In this document: positions 19,332 to 34,300 of the stretch, one piece after another | Layout: each line of letters begins with the position of its first letter | Numbering within the stretch: the stretch's first letter is position 1 | Origin: a virus | Lineage: Duplodnaviria > Caudoviricetes | IMG/VR virus record: IMGVR_UViG_3300025751_000013 | Span: 32,001-96,000 of that record | Strand: one strand, 5' to 3' | DNA length: 64,000 bases | Program-made: the position numbers and the translations under genes | Notes under the pieces: model-generated | Told to the model about the DNA's origin: nothing | What the model saw: the letters and a program-made list of their open reading frames with translations, nothing else | Database searches by the model: none

Positions 19332-22300
19332 ATGTCTTTTATAAGCACGACAAGAGTAATAGAGAACAATCAAGAGGTTTTATTCGAAGGCCCATTAGAT
19401 AAAGAAAGTAATGTACACACAGTTGCCGTACTGAATGAAGGTGTTTCGCCTAATTCTACAACCGATCCAATTAAAGTTACATTAAGTCTTTATGATGCAT
19501 CTGAGCCCGCGACAAGACCTTTTGCGATACTAGAAGTTGCTCCAGGTACTGATGCACAGTATACTAAAGTTATAAACATACGTCCTGGAGATCAACTAAG
19601 AGCCGAAACTGATGGTGGTGAAGTCACTATTATGATCGGCGCTTTCGTTGATGAAGATACTCTAGTAACAAGTATTTTTAATATAACAGGGCAGTATGAT
19701 CATACAGTTACATATCAACCATATGATGTTGCATATTATCTTGGGTCAACATATGTTAATACAACAGTAGACCAAACTGCTGTATATCCTACACAAGTTA
19801 ATGGCGGTTGGACACCTTTAGGTTCTGGATTTAACGCATATGGTGAATTTGATCCACTTGTATTATATCCGCCGTTGTCTGTTGTTAAGTGGGCTAACAA
19901 TGTTTATGTTACAGTTACAGGATCTCCTGTTGGAGTTTATCCGAATGATTATAACAGTACGTGGATTTCTTTTACATCATTAACAAGTGACGAAATTCCA
20001 GATACGTCTGGTGTAAGTGCAAACGTTGCCGCAAGTATTACAATACTTAATAACAGATTAAACACACTTACTACAACTGAAGTCCCAGAAGCATCTGATG
20101 CCGATTTAGAAGCAGCATCAGGATTTGAAAATGCTTACTTTACTAGAGCTAGAGCTCGTGAATCTATTAGTGTAACAGGTGACTTAATTTATGATGTTAA
20201 CACTGGTGTATTATCGGCTCAAACATTAACACAAGATGATGTTAATATATTCATTGACAATAGAGTGTCAAAATCATTTGTTGATGCATTAGGAGTTGAT
20301 GCAGATACAGTTGATGGAATTGAAGGCACAGTATTAGCACGAACTGATATATCTCCAACATTTAGTCAAAACATTATAGTTTCAGGAGAAATGCGTGGCG
20401 ACCTACGTGGTAATGTATTAGCTGACGATAGTAGTATTATAATCAATCATGCTACAAAAGAAATTAACGGACGTTTCGAAGGTACACTAATTGCAGCAAA
20501 TAGTGATGTTATTTTAAATACAGGTATAGATGGTTTTGACGCTACGTTCACTGGTACTACATTTGGTGAACATAGAGGTGATGTTTTATCAGACGATTCG
20601 AATGTAATCATTGATGCTAGTTCAGGATTAATAAGCGGTGACTTAGAAGGTAACGTCACTGCAACCTTTGGTGTGTCACGATTTAATGATATTATTACTG
20701 ATAACATTATTGTTCAAGAAGAATTACAAGTTGCTAACATTTTAGGTAACATTACGTCAACAGGTGTTAGTACATTTAATAACGTTGATATTAATGGCGG
20801 TTATATTGATAACGCTGTTATAAACACAACTAATATTACAGGTACAACTATTGTAGGTACCTATATAGAAGCACAAACTGGTGGATTTAGAGGTGATATT
20901 CTATCCACAGGTACATCACGTTTCAACGACTTGATCGTTACAGGTGATCTAACATTTAACACATTAGAGGTACAAGCACTTGCTGACTTTAAATCTCTTG
21001 TAAATATCGACGGCGGACTTACAGTTGGCGGAACACTTAACGTTACTGGTGGAACTACATTTGGTAATATTAATGTTACTGGTGGACAAATTAGTGGCGT
21101 TACTTTGGGTAGTGGATCTTATCCAGTTGATATCGTTGCAGATGATGTAACAATTTTAAATTCATTTACTGCTACAGATGTTACTGCTGAATTTTCGACA
21201 TTAATAGTTACAGACGAAATGACAGGTGATGTCAGCGGTAACTTGAGAGGAAATGTATTATCACAAGATGGTACAACTGTTATAATAGATGCATTTGCTG
21301 GAATTATCAGAGGCGACTTAGTCGGCGACACAGTAGGACAACATACTGGTAATGTTGACGGTAATGTTGTAGGTAATGTAACAGGTAATGTTACTGCTGC
21401 TGCTGGACTATCGTCATTCTCTAGTATGAATGCACAAATTGGTGACATTGCTGCTCTTGAAGCAGGCTCATTAACAGTTACTGGTGCAGCAAGTTTTACA
21501 GGTGATCTAACATTTGACACACTACAAATTGCTTCATTAGCAGTTAATAACACATTGACAGTTTCTGGTATTTCAACCCTTGGATCAGTAGACATCGGCG
21601 GCGGCACAATGGATGCTGTAACAATCGGTGGCAATGTGCCTGCAAGTGTTACTGGTACAATTTTTACCGGTGACAAAATGTTTGCTGATTTATTTACAGG
21701 TAGCCTAAAGGGTGTCGTAGAAGGATCAGTTGAAGGTGACTTATACGGTAATGTCCTAGGATTAGATAGTTCAATCGTTCTAAATACAAGTACTGCAAGA
21801 GCTACATTAGATGCTGATGTTACTGGACAGATTGATGCAACAGCAAATGGTGGCGGCGAAAGTAGATTTGATGATATAACCATTACTGGTGTATTTTCGT
21901 TACAAGGCGGCGGCCAACTTACGGGTGATCTAACAGGTAATGTAGTAGGTGACGTTACAGGTGATGTATATGCAAGTAACGGAGATAAGATTTTAGAAAC
22001 AGGCAACGGAACAACTATTCCTGCAAAGTTAACAGGTAATGTAGAAGGCGAAGTATTAGGTACATTTACTGGTACAGCTTCTGGAGACTTCACAGGTGAT
22101 GTATTTGCTTACGATTCAACTAAAATGCTTGATGCGTTTTCTAATATATTGAGGGGTGATTTAGTTGGTAATGTAAGTGGTAATGTTTTAGGCGATTTAA
22201 CAGGTAATGTTAACACTACAGGAACTCAAAGCGATGGTTTCTTTAGAAACTTAACAGTTGAAGATACACTTACATTTCCATCATTGAATATTTCGACAAT

Positions 22301-25300
22301 TGATTCAGATAACATTGATGTTGATAATGCAATATTAGATGTTGTAACAATCGGCGCTGGTATAACTACTGGTACAATTGACAACACTACTATTGGTGCT
22401 ACAACCCCAAGAGGTGGTGTATTTACTACATTACAAGGTGCAATTATTGAAGCATCGAGTGAGTTTAGAGGTAACATTGTATCATCAGGATCTTCTAGAT
22501 TTAACGAGCTTATTGTTACTGGCGATTTTGTAGCAAACTTACGTGGTGATATTATTGCTGAAGATTCAAGTGTAATTGTTAACAATGCAACAAAAACATT
22601 TTATGGAACACTACAAGGTACAACAGTTGGAACACTACAAGGTAATGTTATAGCAACTTCAGGACTAAGCGAATTTAATAGTATAAACGTAGCACAAGAA
22701 ATATCAGGTACATTAAGAGGCGATGTAGTTGCACCTGATAGTACATTGTTAATTGATATATCTAGTCAAAATATAAACGGTAACGTAATAACAGCAACAG
22801 GTGGATTTAGTGGAGAGATTACTGGAACACTAGTAGGAGACATTAAGGCTACTGGTGGCCAGGTTGTTTTAGATTCAGGTACTGATGGCACAGATGCAAC
22901 ATTTGCAGGAAACGTAACAGGTAACGTTTTAAACACACTAGGTGAAACAGTACTAGATGCTAATGCTGAAAGACTTACAGGTACATTAGCAGGTAATGTA
23001 TACGCAATAGACGGAATATCACAAATACTAGACTCAGGCACAGATGGTACTGATGCTGTATTTACTGGACAAGTAATCGGAGATGTTACTGGGAATGTCA
23101 CAGCCTCGTCAGGTGTTTCTAACTTTAATAATATAGTTATTGCTAACGAAGCAGTAGGTAATTTTAAAGGTAATGTTCTTGCAGCAGATAGTTCTGTACT
23201 TGTTAATTATCTTGACTCGTCGATCACTGCTGCTACGATTACAGCAACAGGTAATTTTGTAGGTGACGTAATCGGTAATGTCGATACAAGAACAGTTGAT
23301 GTTAACACAAGAAGTTATTTCCAAAACATCACAGTGTTGGGCGAAATTGACCTTAGTGGCGCATCAGGTAATATTACTGCTGATATTGAAGGTACTTTAA
23401 AAGGTAATGTTGTTTCTACAACAGGTGACCCTAATGCTGCTGATGTATTATTATTAGATGCTGCTGGTAGATCGATTCTTAATATGGCATCAATTAGTTC
23501 TAATGAATTTACTGGTGACGAATTTATTGGTGATTTCCTTGGAGATTTATATTCTGCAGACGGATCATTTAGAGTATTAGATACAGGTGCAACAGGAAAT
23601 CAAGCATATTACATCGGTGATATGAGAGGTAATGTACAAGGTAACTTACTCGGTGATGATTCGTCGGTAATTGTAAATTATGTTTCGGGTGACATTAATG
23701 GTAGAGTAGTTAGTTCTTCTCAAGGATTTCAAGGTAAAATTGAAGATCCAAATAACAATATGTCCTCTTTGTATGACTTAACAATTCGTAATAATTTATT
23801 TGTTGAAGGCACAACTACTACCGTTAATACTGATAACTTAGATATTAAAGATAATACAATTGTTTTAAACAAAGGACAAAGCGACGGAGTTACTGGTGTT
23901 GTACTAGGTACAGCAGGTATCCAAATTGACAGAGGCAACGGCGTAGATGCAAACCTACTTTGGACGGAAGACGGCGGCGCTGGCTATTGGGACTTTACAA
24001 ATACTGCTCAAGTAAGAGGTGCATTTAGAGGTAATGTCACAGGTGATGTTTATAGTCCCTTTAATTCAGGAACTCCTATTCTAGACACAGGTACTGCAAC
24101 TTTACCTGCTACATACATAGGTAATGTTGTAGGTGATATAGAAGGTAACGTAACTGTTGGCGCTGGCTTGTCTAGTTTCTTTAGCGTAAATGTTGAAGAA
24201 GAAATTGCTGGTAATTTACGTGGTAACGTATTAGCAAACGACAGTACTAAGATTATTGATTTTATTAACAGTAATATCTATGGTGCTACAATTTCAGCAA
24301 CTGCTGGATTTAGTGGTGATGTATTTGGTAATATTGATGCTAGAGGAGAAAGTTCTGCAAGTTATAGTTATTTCCAAAACCTTAGTGTATCAGGTGACAT
24401 CCAATTTGATAGTTTAAACATTGCTACACTTGAAGTAGGTACTGATTTAAACGTAGGTAACAATGTAGATGTTACTGGTCAAATTACAGCAGGTAGTGTA
24501 GATATTGCTGGTGGTGAAATAGACGGCACAATTATAGGTTCAAATGTTGCTTCTGCTGCTAGTGTAACTACTCTTACAGTAACCACTGGTGATATTAATG
24601 TTACTCAAGGTACTATTAATATTACACAAGGTAACTTGAGTGCTGATACTATTTTTGCTGTTACTGATTTTAGAGGTAATTTAGTAGGTAATGTTACTGG
24701 TAGTTTATCAGGCGGCACTGTAACAGGTGACGTTTATGGTAACCTTTATCGCCCAGGAGGCACTACTCCTGTTCTTAATACTGGTACAGGCGGAGTTGAA
24801 CCTCGACTTTACGGTAATGTAACAGGTAATGTTACAGGTGACGTATTAGGTGATGTAACAGGTAACGTGCAAGGTGTATTATACGGTAGTGTTATAAGTG
24901 AAGATAGCACAACAACTATTGTTAATGCTTCGTCTGGTTTAATTACAGGTGACATTAATTCATCAGGTACATCTACTTTTAATAATATTGTTGTTGAAGG
25001 CGCATTAGACTTTACAACATTTGCTCTTAACGAAATTACAGTTAACACACTTCTACAGGTTGACGGCACTGCTAACTTAACAGTAGCAAATATATTTGCT
25101 GGTAATATTGATAACACTAGAATAGGCGTTACAACTCCTTCAACTATTAAGGGTACTGTTATTGAAGCAACTACTAAGTTTGTCGGTGACATTGCAGGTG
25201 AAGTAGATGGTAACGTTACTGGAGACTTAAGAGGTAATATAATAGGTGAAGATAGTTCAGTTATTGTAGATAATGATCTTAAAAGATTTACAGGTAATTT

Positions 25301-28300
25301 ACTAGGTGATGTATATACAACCGATGGTGTGACATTATTTAATATTTTAGATTCAGGAACAGACGGCACAGATGCATCTATAATTGCAGATGTTAAAACA
25401 CCTTTAGGTGCAACTATCGTTGATACAAGTGCTGCTACTGTCACAGCAACAGGCGGCTTTACAGGCCAAATAGATGCGTCAGCTCCGGGCACTTCTCAAT
25501 TCCATACAGTAACAGTTTCAAACAATTTAAGTGTTCCGGGAACTGTAAATGTTACTCAAACAGTTGAAGCATCAGGCGGTATCGAAAATACTTCAATAGG
25601 TGCAGGAAATACAGAATCAACTGGTGCGTTTACATCTATTACTACAACTGGAGCCGTTACTGTTGGCGGAGACTTAATAGTACAAGGTAATACAGTTACG
25701 TTAAATACTTCGACATTAGACGTTGAAGATTTAAACATTACTGTTGCAAAAGGTGCTGCAAACGCTGCTGCTGCTGATGGCGCAGGCCTAACAGTTGATA
25801 CAGCAGGAGCATGGATACAATATAAGAATCCAAGTGATCAATGGCGCTTTAATAAAGATATAGATTTAACAACAGAAAACGTAAGACTATTAGGTAACAT
25901 TACTTCAACTGGTGTTTCAAACTTTAGTGGTACAGCAAACTTTAGTGGCACAGTCGATATGGCGGGTGCAACGATCAATAACTCAACTTTCCAAAATATG
26001 GATGTTGCTGCAACATCAGAGTTTAGCGGAAATATGACATTAGATACTGCTGCAAACTTTACAATGATAAATGCCGCTGGTACTCCAGTAACAGTATTTT
26101 CAATCGACGGATCAAATGGTAATACTACGATTTCACAGGGCGGACAGTTTGAGATATTAGATACGTTATCTGCTTCGATGTTTAGTGTAGACGGCGGCAC
26201 AGGAAATACGTTAGTTACAGGTACACTTGGTGTAGACGGCATAGTTAGTATTAATAACACAACAGGATCTACTACTACAACAACGGGTGCGCTAATTGTA
26301 GACGGCGGTGTCGGCATAGCAGAAAACTTATTCATAGGCGGCAACTTAGATGTTGCTGGCAATGCAGTTATTTCAGGTAATTTAACTTTTGGTGATGCTG
26401 CAACTGATACAGTAGCATTTGGCGCTGATATTAATAGTAGTATCATTCCAGATATAAACAACACATACGATTTAGGTAGTTCGGCACAGGCTTGGAGAGA
26501 ACTTTATCTTACACAAAATATTAACTTTAAAGGTGCAACAGGTGATAATGAAATTATTGTTCCAACAAATTTATTTGATGCTCTAAGTATTAAAGATGAT
26601 GCTAATACAAGCATAATTGACGTTGAAACAACTACAGGTGCTCCGGTTGTAAAAATTAACCCGAATACAACCGTTGCTGGCACTCTTGATGTTACAGGTG
26701 AAACTACACTAGCAAGTGCAATTATCAGTGATGTAAATCCAAGTAGAGTTGTACTATCAGGCGGTAGTAAAGAAATAAGTTACAGTGATCAATTTACATA
26801 TTCAGCAGGCGCTGGAGTAATTGATGTAGACATTACTGGTAGTTTAGCAGTTGACAACTTAACATTTGATGGAAATACAATTTCAAGTACAGATTCGAAT
26901 GGCGCTATTATACTTGATCCGCAAGGTTCTGGTGTAGTTACAGTAAATGCTAACACAACAATAAGTGGCACATTTACAAGCACAGGGCTTGCAAGCTTAG
27001 ATAACGGTATTGATGTTAATGGTGCTGTGTTTACAGTTTCTAACACAGGTGCAGTTAATACTACATCAACATTAGATGTTACTGGTCTTGCATCCCTTGA
27101 TGGCGGAATTGACGTCGACGGTGCCTTTACTGTGGCAAATACAACAGGTAATATTACAACCTCAGGCACACTAGACATAACAGGCACAACTACTTTAAGA
27201 AATACGGTCGGCATACAAGGTATTACAACTATAAGTAACGCTAATGATGCGTCTAATGCAACTTCAGGAGCATTAATAGTTTCAGGCGGCGCAGGAATTG
27301 CTAAAAAATTATTTGTTGCCGGCGACTTTGAAGTCGGCACAAATAGATTTAATGTAGCAGCAACTACAGGTGATACAACTGTAGCAGGTGACTTTACTGT
27401 TACTAGCGGAACAGCATTCTTAGACGGTGGCATTAATGTTGATAGTGGTGCATTTATTGTGGCAAATACAACAGGTGATATTACAACCCTCGGTGATATT
27501 AGTATAGCAGATAGTAAGAAGTTACTAATTGGTACAGGAAACGATTTAGAAATCTTCCATGATGGTTCTAATTCTTTTATTAAAGATGTTGGTGCAGGTA
27601 ATTTAACAATAGCAACAGATGTACTAACACTTACAAAGGGTGACGGTACTAAAACAACAGCAGTATTAGATGCAGATGGTGCAACTGAACTTTATTACAA
27701 TAATACAAAAAGATTTGAAACTACACTTGTAGGAGCAGATGTTACCGGAACATTCAACACTTCAGGACTTGCAACTTTAGATTCGGCTGTAATATCAGAT
27801 TTACCTGCTAACAGAATTGTATATACAAGTGGTGCAAATGGTAGACTAATTAGCACAGCAGATTTTGTAATAGACGGCACATCATTAAATGTAGGCTCAA
27901 ATAATTTTGTTGTTACAGCAGCAACAGGTAACACTGCTATAGTTGGTACTTTAGACGTAACTGGCGAAACAACAGTAGGTAACTTAGTTGCTGACGATAT
28001 AAAGTTAGGCGATGGCGAAAAGATACAATTTGGTAATGCACAAGATTTAGAAATTTATCACGACGGATCTAATAGTTATATACATGAATCTGGTACAGGA
28101 GGTTTGATCCTAAGATCTGCCAACTCAATTCTTTTCCAAGACGCTACTAGTACAAAAACAGCCATGTCATTAACTGCTAACGGTAGCCAGATATTATACC
28201 ATAATGATGTTCAAAGATTTCAAACAACTGTCTCTGGCGCAGATATAACAGGTGATGTTGACATCTCTGGCACTTTAGATGTTGACGGCAACTTTCAAGT

Positions 28301-31300
28301 TGGCACAAGCAGATTTAATGTAGAAGCAACTACCGGTAACACACAAATTGATGGAACTCTTACAGCAGACGGATTAACTACACTTAATGGTGGTATTACA
28401 GCAGACGGTGGTGTGTTTACCGTAGCAGATGGTACTGGTAATATTGCTACAAGTGGCACGTTAAATGTAACAGGCGACACAACTTTAAGTACACTAACTG
28501 CAACAAGTGATGTAACAGTTCAAGGTGATTTAACAGTTGAAGGTAACTTAACTACTGTTAATGCTACAGAAATAAATGTATCTGATAAGAATATTACACT
28601 AGGCGGCACAACTACAACATTGAGTGCGCTAAACAATAGTGGAATTACTATAGGTGGAACATTAGGAGCAGGATCAAATCCTGCACTAACTTATACATAC
28701 ACTGGTGTTTCTCCAAATCAGGTAGAAAGATTTAATTTAAATAGAGAATTAATCGTTGATAAGGTACACGGTGATATAAAAGGTAATGTTTATGCATCAG
28801 ATGATACAAGTATTATTTTAAATGCAGGTACTAATGGCAACGATGCAATATTCAAAGGTGACGTTTATAGTACAACTGATACATTAATTATAGACAGTGG
28901 TGCAAGTATAGACGATGCAACATTCTATGGAAATATAGATCTTAGAACAGAAACAAATTACGGAAATACTCCAAGCACAGGTACTACTTCATACTTTAAC
29001 AATTTAGATGTTGCCGGTACACTATCGATGGCAAATGCTTCAATAGGCACACTGTCTGGTAACTTAGTTGGAGATATATATGCATCTAACGGAACAAGTT
29101 TAATATTAGACAATGGTACTAATGGAACAGACGCATCATTCCAGGGTAATATTAAAAATGACAACGGAACAGTAATTATTCAAAATGGTTCGACAGGAGT
29201 TGCAGCAACATTTACTGGTAAATTAGTAGGTGATGTAGATAGTAGCGGCATATCTTATTTTAACAATATGTATGCTAACGTTATTAATGCATTCTTAGAC
29301 GGTGACATTTCGGGTAGTGTACTAGGCGAAGATAGTGTAATGATGCTTGATGCTGGTGCTAGAACACTTAGCGTTACTGATGTACAAACAAGTACAATTA
29401 CTGCATCATCTTATCTATCAGGCGATGTTCGTGGCGATATTTACAACAATAACGGCACCCAAAAAATATTAGAAACAGGAGGCACAGCAACAGATGCTGC
29501 TATCTTTACTGGTAGAGTTGATGCGTCAAATGCAATTAACACAACATCTAATTTTAACAATGTTGACGCAACGGGTATATTTACCGGTGTACTAGGCGCA
29601 GTAGGTAATACGGCTAATGCATTTGTAAATGATTTAACCGTAGACAGCGTAGCAACATTTACTGGCGTTGTTAATGCTCTTACTTCAGCTGTTAATATTA
29701 ATTCTGTAAATATAGATGGCGGAACAATAGACGGAACAGTTATTGGCGCAGCGACTCCAGCAGCAATCACAGGTACAACCGTAACTGCAAACACAGGATT
29801 TGTTGGTAACATTACAGGTAACATCACTGGAGACTTAGACGCAAGAGGTCTAGGCGGTACAACGTTCATTGATGATTTAGTTATGGGTCCAGGCACAAAT
29901 GCTGCTATAGATACTGCAACAATTACTACACTTAATGCTTCTACTCTTGTTCTAACAAACTTAGCACTAAGTGGAGATTTAGACGTACTTACTGGTACAG
30001 GTACATTCCAAAACTTAGAAGTTACTGCTGGCGGTAACATTGTAGGACTTGCTACACTAGGTACAAGTGCATCACCAGTAGCAAGTTCAGTAATTACTAC
30101 AATTGATGTTAGTGCAGGTGATATAGTTGGCTTGTCTACTCTAGGTACAAGTGCATCACCGGTTATAGCAGCAGACATAGACACTGCGGTTATAGATGAT
30201 GTAACTAGTGTTACAGTAAGGGCTGATAACTTTACTATTACTAACACTGGCGATTCTGCTCATAAGTTTACTGGACCATTAGAAGGTAATATTACAAGTG
30301 CAGGAACAAGCACATTTACCGGCACAGTAAGTTTATCAGGTGCAACTGTTGTACTTGCTGATAATCAACTAAGCGGTGACAAAATAGACGGCGGCGTTAT
30401 AGGCAATGCTGATCTGTTAGGTAATGGAACAAGTAACACAATTAGTGGATACGATATTACAGTAACAGGAGCACTTGACTTAACTGGAGCAACTGTAACT
30501 TATGACAACGATTCGATATCAGGTGATAAAGTATCTGGCGGTACTATTGATGCTGCAAATATAACTGGCGGCGCAGGTAAAACACTTGACGGATATGATA
30601 TTACAGTAGGTGCCGGTAGAACATTAACTGTAAATGGATCAACAAGTGTTGCAACATTAGCAGCATCTGCACTTGTAGAATTAGACGGCGGTTTTAATGT
30701 TAATGACGACTTTGTTGTAGATGTAGACGGTAACACACGCCTTAATGCAGCAGCTAATTTTGAAATTTGGAATGCAGCAGGAACACCTGTTAAGGTATTT
30801 GACATTGTTGGTTCAACAGGTGCAACTACTATTGCAAATACCTTAGATGTTGTTGGTCCAGTATCTATAACAACAGGAACAGGAAGTACAAGCACATCTA
30901 CTGGTTCACTTACTGTTACTGGCGGAGTAGGTATAAGTGAAAATGCATTTGTAGGTGGTGATTTGGATGTTGCAGCAAATGCACAACTTAGCGGCACTTT
31001 AGATGTTGACGGCGTAACAAATATTAATAACACATTAACTGTAGATTCACTGGCAAGTTTAGACGGCGGCATTGCAGTATCAGATGGCGCAGCAGGCGAT
31101 GCATTTACAGTTGCAGTTACTACAGGTAATGTAGTAACAACAGGTACATTAGATGTAACAGGTTTGTCGTCATTAGATGGCGGAATCGATGTTAACGGAT
31201 CTAACTATACAGTATCAGCAGCAGGCGCAGTAACACAAGCAAGTACATTAGATGTAAGTGGAGATGTTACATTATTACAATCTGCAAACTTTGAAATCTT

Positions 31301-34300
31301 TGATGCAGGTGTCGGTAGTAATTCTACATTCGCTGTTAATGGTGCAGACGGTAACACACAAATAGCAGGTACATTAGGTGTAGACGGTCTAGCATCGTTA
31401 AATGCAAGTTTGACTGTTACTGGACTTACAACAACTGATACAGCAGTAGTTAACAATACACTCAATGTAACTGGTGCAACAACGCTAGACGGAACATTTG
31501 CTGTACAAAACGCAGGAGCAGACGTATTTACAGTCGCCGATGCAACAGGAAATACAGTAATTTCAGGAACACTTCAAGCAGGTAATACCACTGTAGCAGA
31601 CGTAACTGCAACCGGAACTGGAACTATAACTGGTAACTTTGATGTAAACACTACTGCATTTACTGTTGCAGCAGCAACAGGTAACACTGATATACTTGGC
31701 GATTTAGCAGTTAACACAACGGCTCTTACAGTAGCAGCAGCAACAGGTAATACTACAGTAGGTGGAACACTTGATGTAGCAGGTGATACAAACTTTAACA
31801 GTACTACAGGAAGCACATTAAGTACTAATGGTGCAGTAGTAATTGATGGCGGTCTAGGTGTTGCAGAAAATATTAATTTTGGTGGTGTGTTAAAGACAAC
31901 GACAGCAACAGCAAGTACAGATACAGTAACAGGATCAATTGTTACCGCAGGCGGCGTTGGTATAGCAGGCGCTTTAAATGTCGGTGGTGTAACACATATT
32001 TCTCAAACAGTAGATGCAACTTCAGCATCTGACGGTGCGTTGTTCGTAGACGGTGGCGTTGGTATTGCTAAGAAACTATTTGTTGGCACTGATTTAGATG
32101 TAACTGGCTCAGTACAAATTGATACAGATCTAAATGTTACTGGAAATACTGTAATAACAGGAAACCTAACAGTCAACGGCGCAAGCACAACGATTAACGC
32201 AGCAACACTAGATGTTGAAGATAAAGATATACGTGTTGCAAGTAATGTAGATACACTACTTGGAGCAAATAATGCAGGCTTAATAATTGGTAGTACTAAT
32301 GTTGGTGATGTAGCAAATGGCGGTAATGCAGGCGAAACAAATGTTACATTTACATACAATGCTACAGACGATAGTTTAGACAGTAATGTTGATATACAAG
32401 CCCCAACATTTATTGGTAATTTAACAGGCGATGTAACAGGAAGTGCAACTATAGGTGTTGGCAAAACTCTTGACGTAGACGGAGCATTTAATGTTAATGC
32501 AAGTTCTGGTAATTTAGATAATGTAGTAATTGGTGGAGTTACTAGAGCAGATGCAAGTGTACATACGTTAACCACAAGAAACATTAATGTAGACTCAGGA
32601 TACGATGTTACGCTTACAAGTGGAGATGTTACAATTACTGCTGGTGACTTTGTTGCAACAACAGGTAATATTAGTGCAACTTCAGGAACTATATCTGGTG
32701 ATATATTTGTTGCAGGAACAGAATTTAGAGGCGATTTAACAACTGTCGACGGTGGTACTGGTGTTAACTTATTTGAGTCAACAGGCGTAGCAGTAAGCAC
32801 AGGTAACATCACAACTACAACAGGCGACTTTACGAGTACAAGCGGAGACTTTACTACAGGCACAGGAAATATTTCAACAAGTAGTGGCGATATTACTACT
32901 ACAACCGGTGATATTAATGGACAAATTATTACCGCTAACACTAAGGTTATAGGACAAATAGGTACTGATGCAAGTACAGCATCAGACATGAATGATGCGT
33001 TTGTTTCAACACTTTATTCTAATACAACTATAACATCAAGTGGTAATACAGATGTAGGAGGCAATCTTACAGTAACAGGTACTTCTAACTTTGACGATGC
33101 TGTAACTATTTCAAATAATTTAACAATTACTGGACCAGGAGGCGTTGATGCGCAAGGCGATCCAAATTTATCTACAGCGACATTCCAAAACATTGTTGTT
33201 ACAGGATCATTTACAGTTGATACTCTAACAATTGATGACTTTACGGTTGGTGATGAATTAGCTGTGTTAGGTGATACTACGCTATCAGGTAACTTGACAG
33301 TTAACAGTGGTGTAACAACATTAAGCTCAGTTGATATTGCAGGCGGCGCAATGGATGGTGTTACAATTGGTGGCGACGGTGTAACACCTGCTGCAAATAT
33401 CACAGGCGCTGCGTTAACGGGTACGTCCTTGACTACTACAACAGGTAATGTAACACTAAACAGTGGTAACATAGTTGTTACACAGGGTAATATTACAACT
33501 ACAGCAGGTGAGATAAGATCACCAGTTGGCGGCTTTGTAGGGCAAATTGATGCTACTGCAACAGGTACATCAAGTTTTGACAACGTTTTAGTAAATGATG
33601 ATTTAACTGTAAACGGTAAAGTATTCTCAGTAGCAAGTGCTGCAAGTGGATTTGTTGGAGATTTATATTCTAACAATTCAGGAGGCACACCAATAAAAAT
33701 TCTACAAGCAGGTACTACATTAGGCACTGCAATGTATACTGGTAATGTTACTGGTATTGTAGGTGATTCAGCAAACAGAAATACTGGTCATTTTAGTACA
33801 TTAGATGCAACACAATCTAATTTAGCAACTGTTGATATAGATGGTGGTACAATCGACGGAGTTACATTTACAGCAGGTACACTAGTAGACACACCGATTG
33901 GACAAACAGGAACACCGCAAAACGCTACAGTAAGTAATCTTGTAAGTAATACAATTAGAGTTAACAGCAGCACTGCAAATACTATAGACGGTGTTACAAT
34001 TGGTGATACACAGCGTAGACCAGGTAACTTTACTACTTTAGATGCAAACACTAGTATTACAGTAGGTTCAGTAGTAGGTAGTATAAACTCAACACCGATC
34101 GGTGATAGTATTGCATCAACAATAACAGGAACTACAATTACAGCGTCTACAAGATTTGAAGGTGTACTACAAGGCGATATACAATCAACATCGGGTGGTG
34201 TTGGATTACCTGCAGGTACATTATTAATAGATTCAAGTACTAGAAATATTTCTAATATTGTCGATTTTACTTCGGAAACTGTGGAAGCAACAACCATCAC

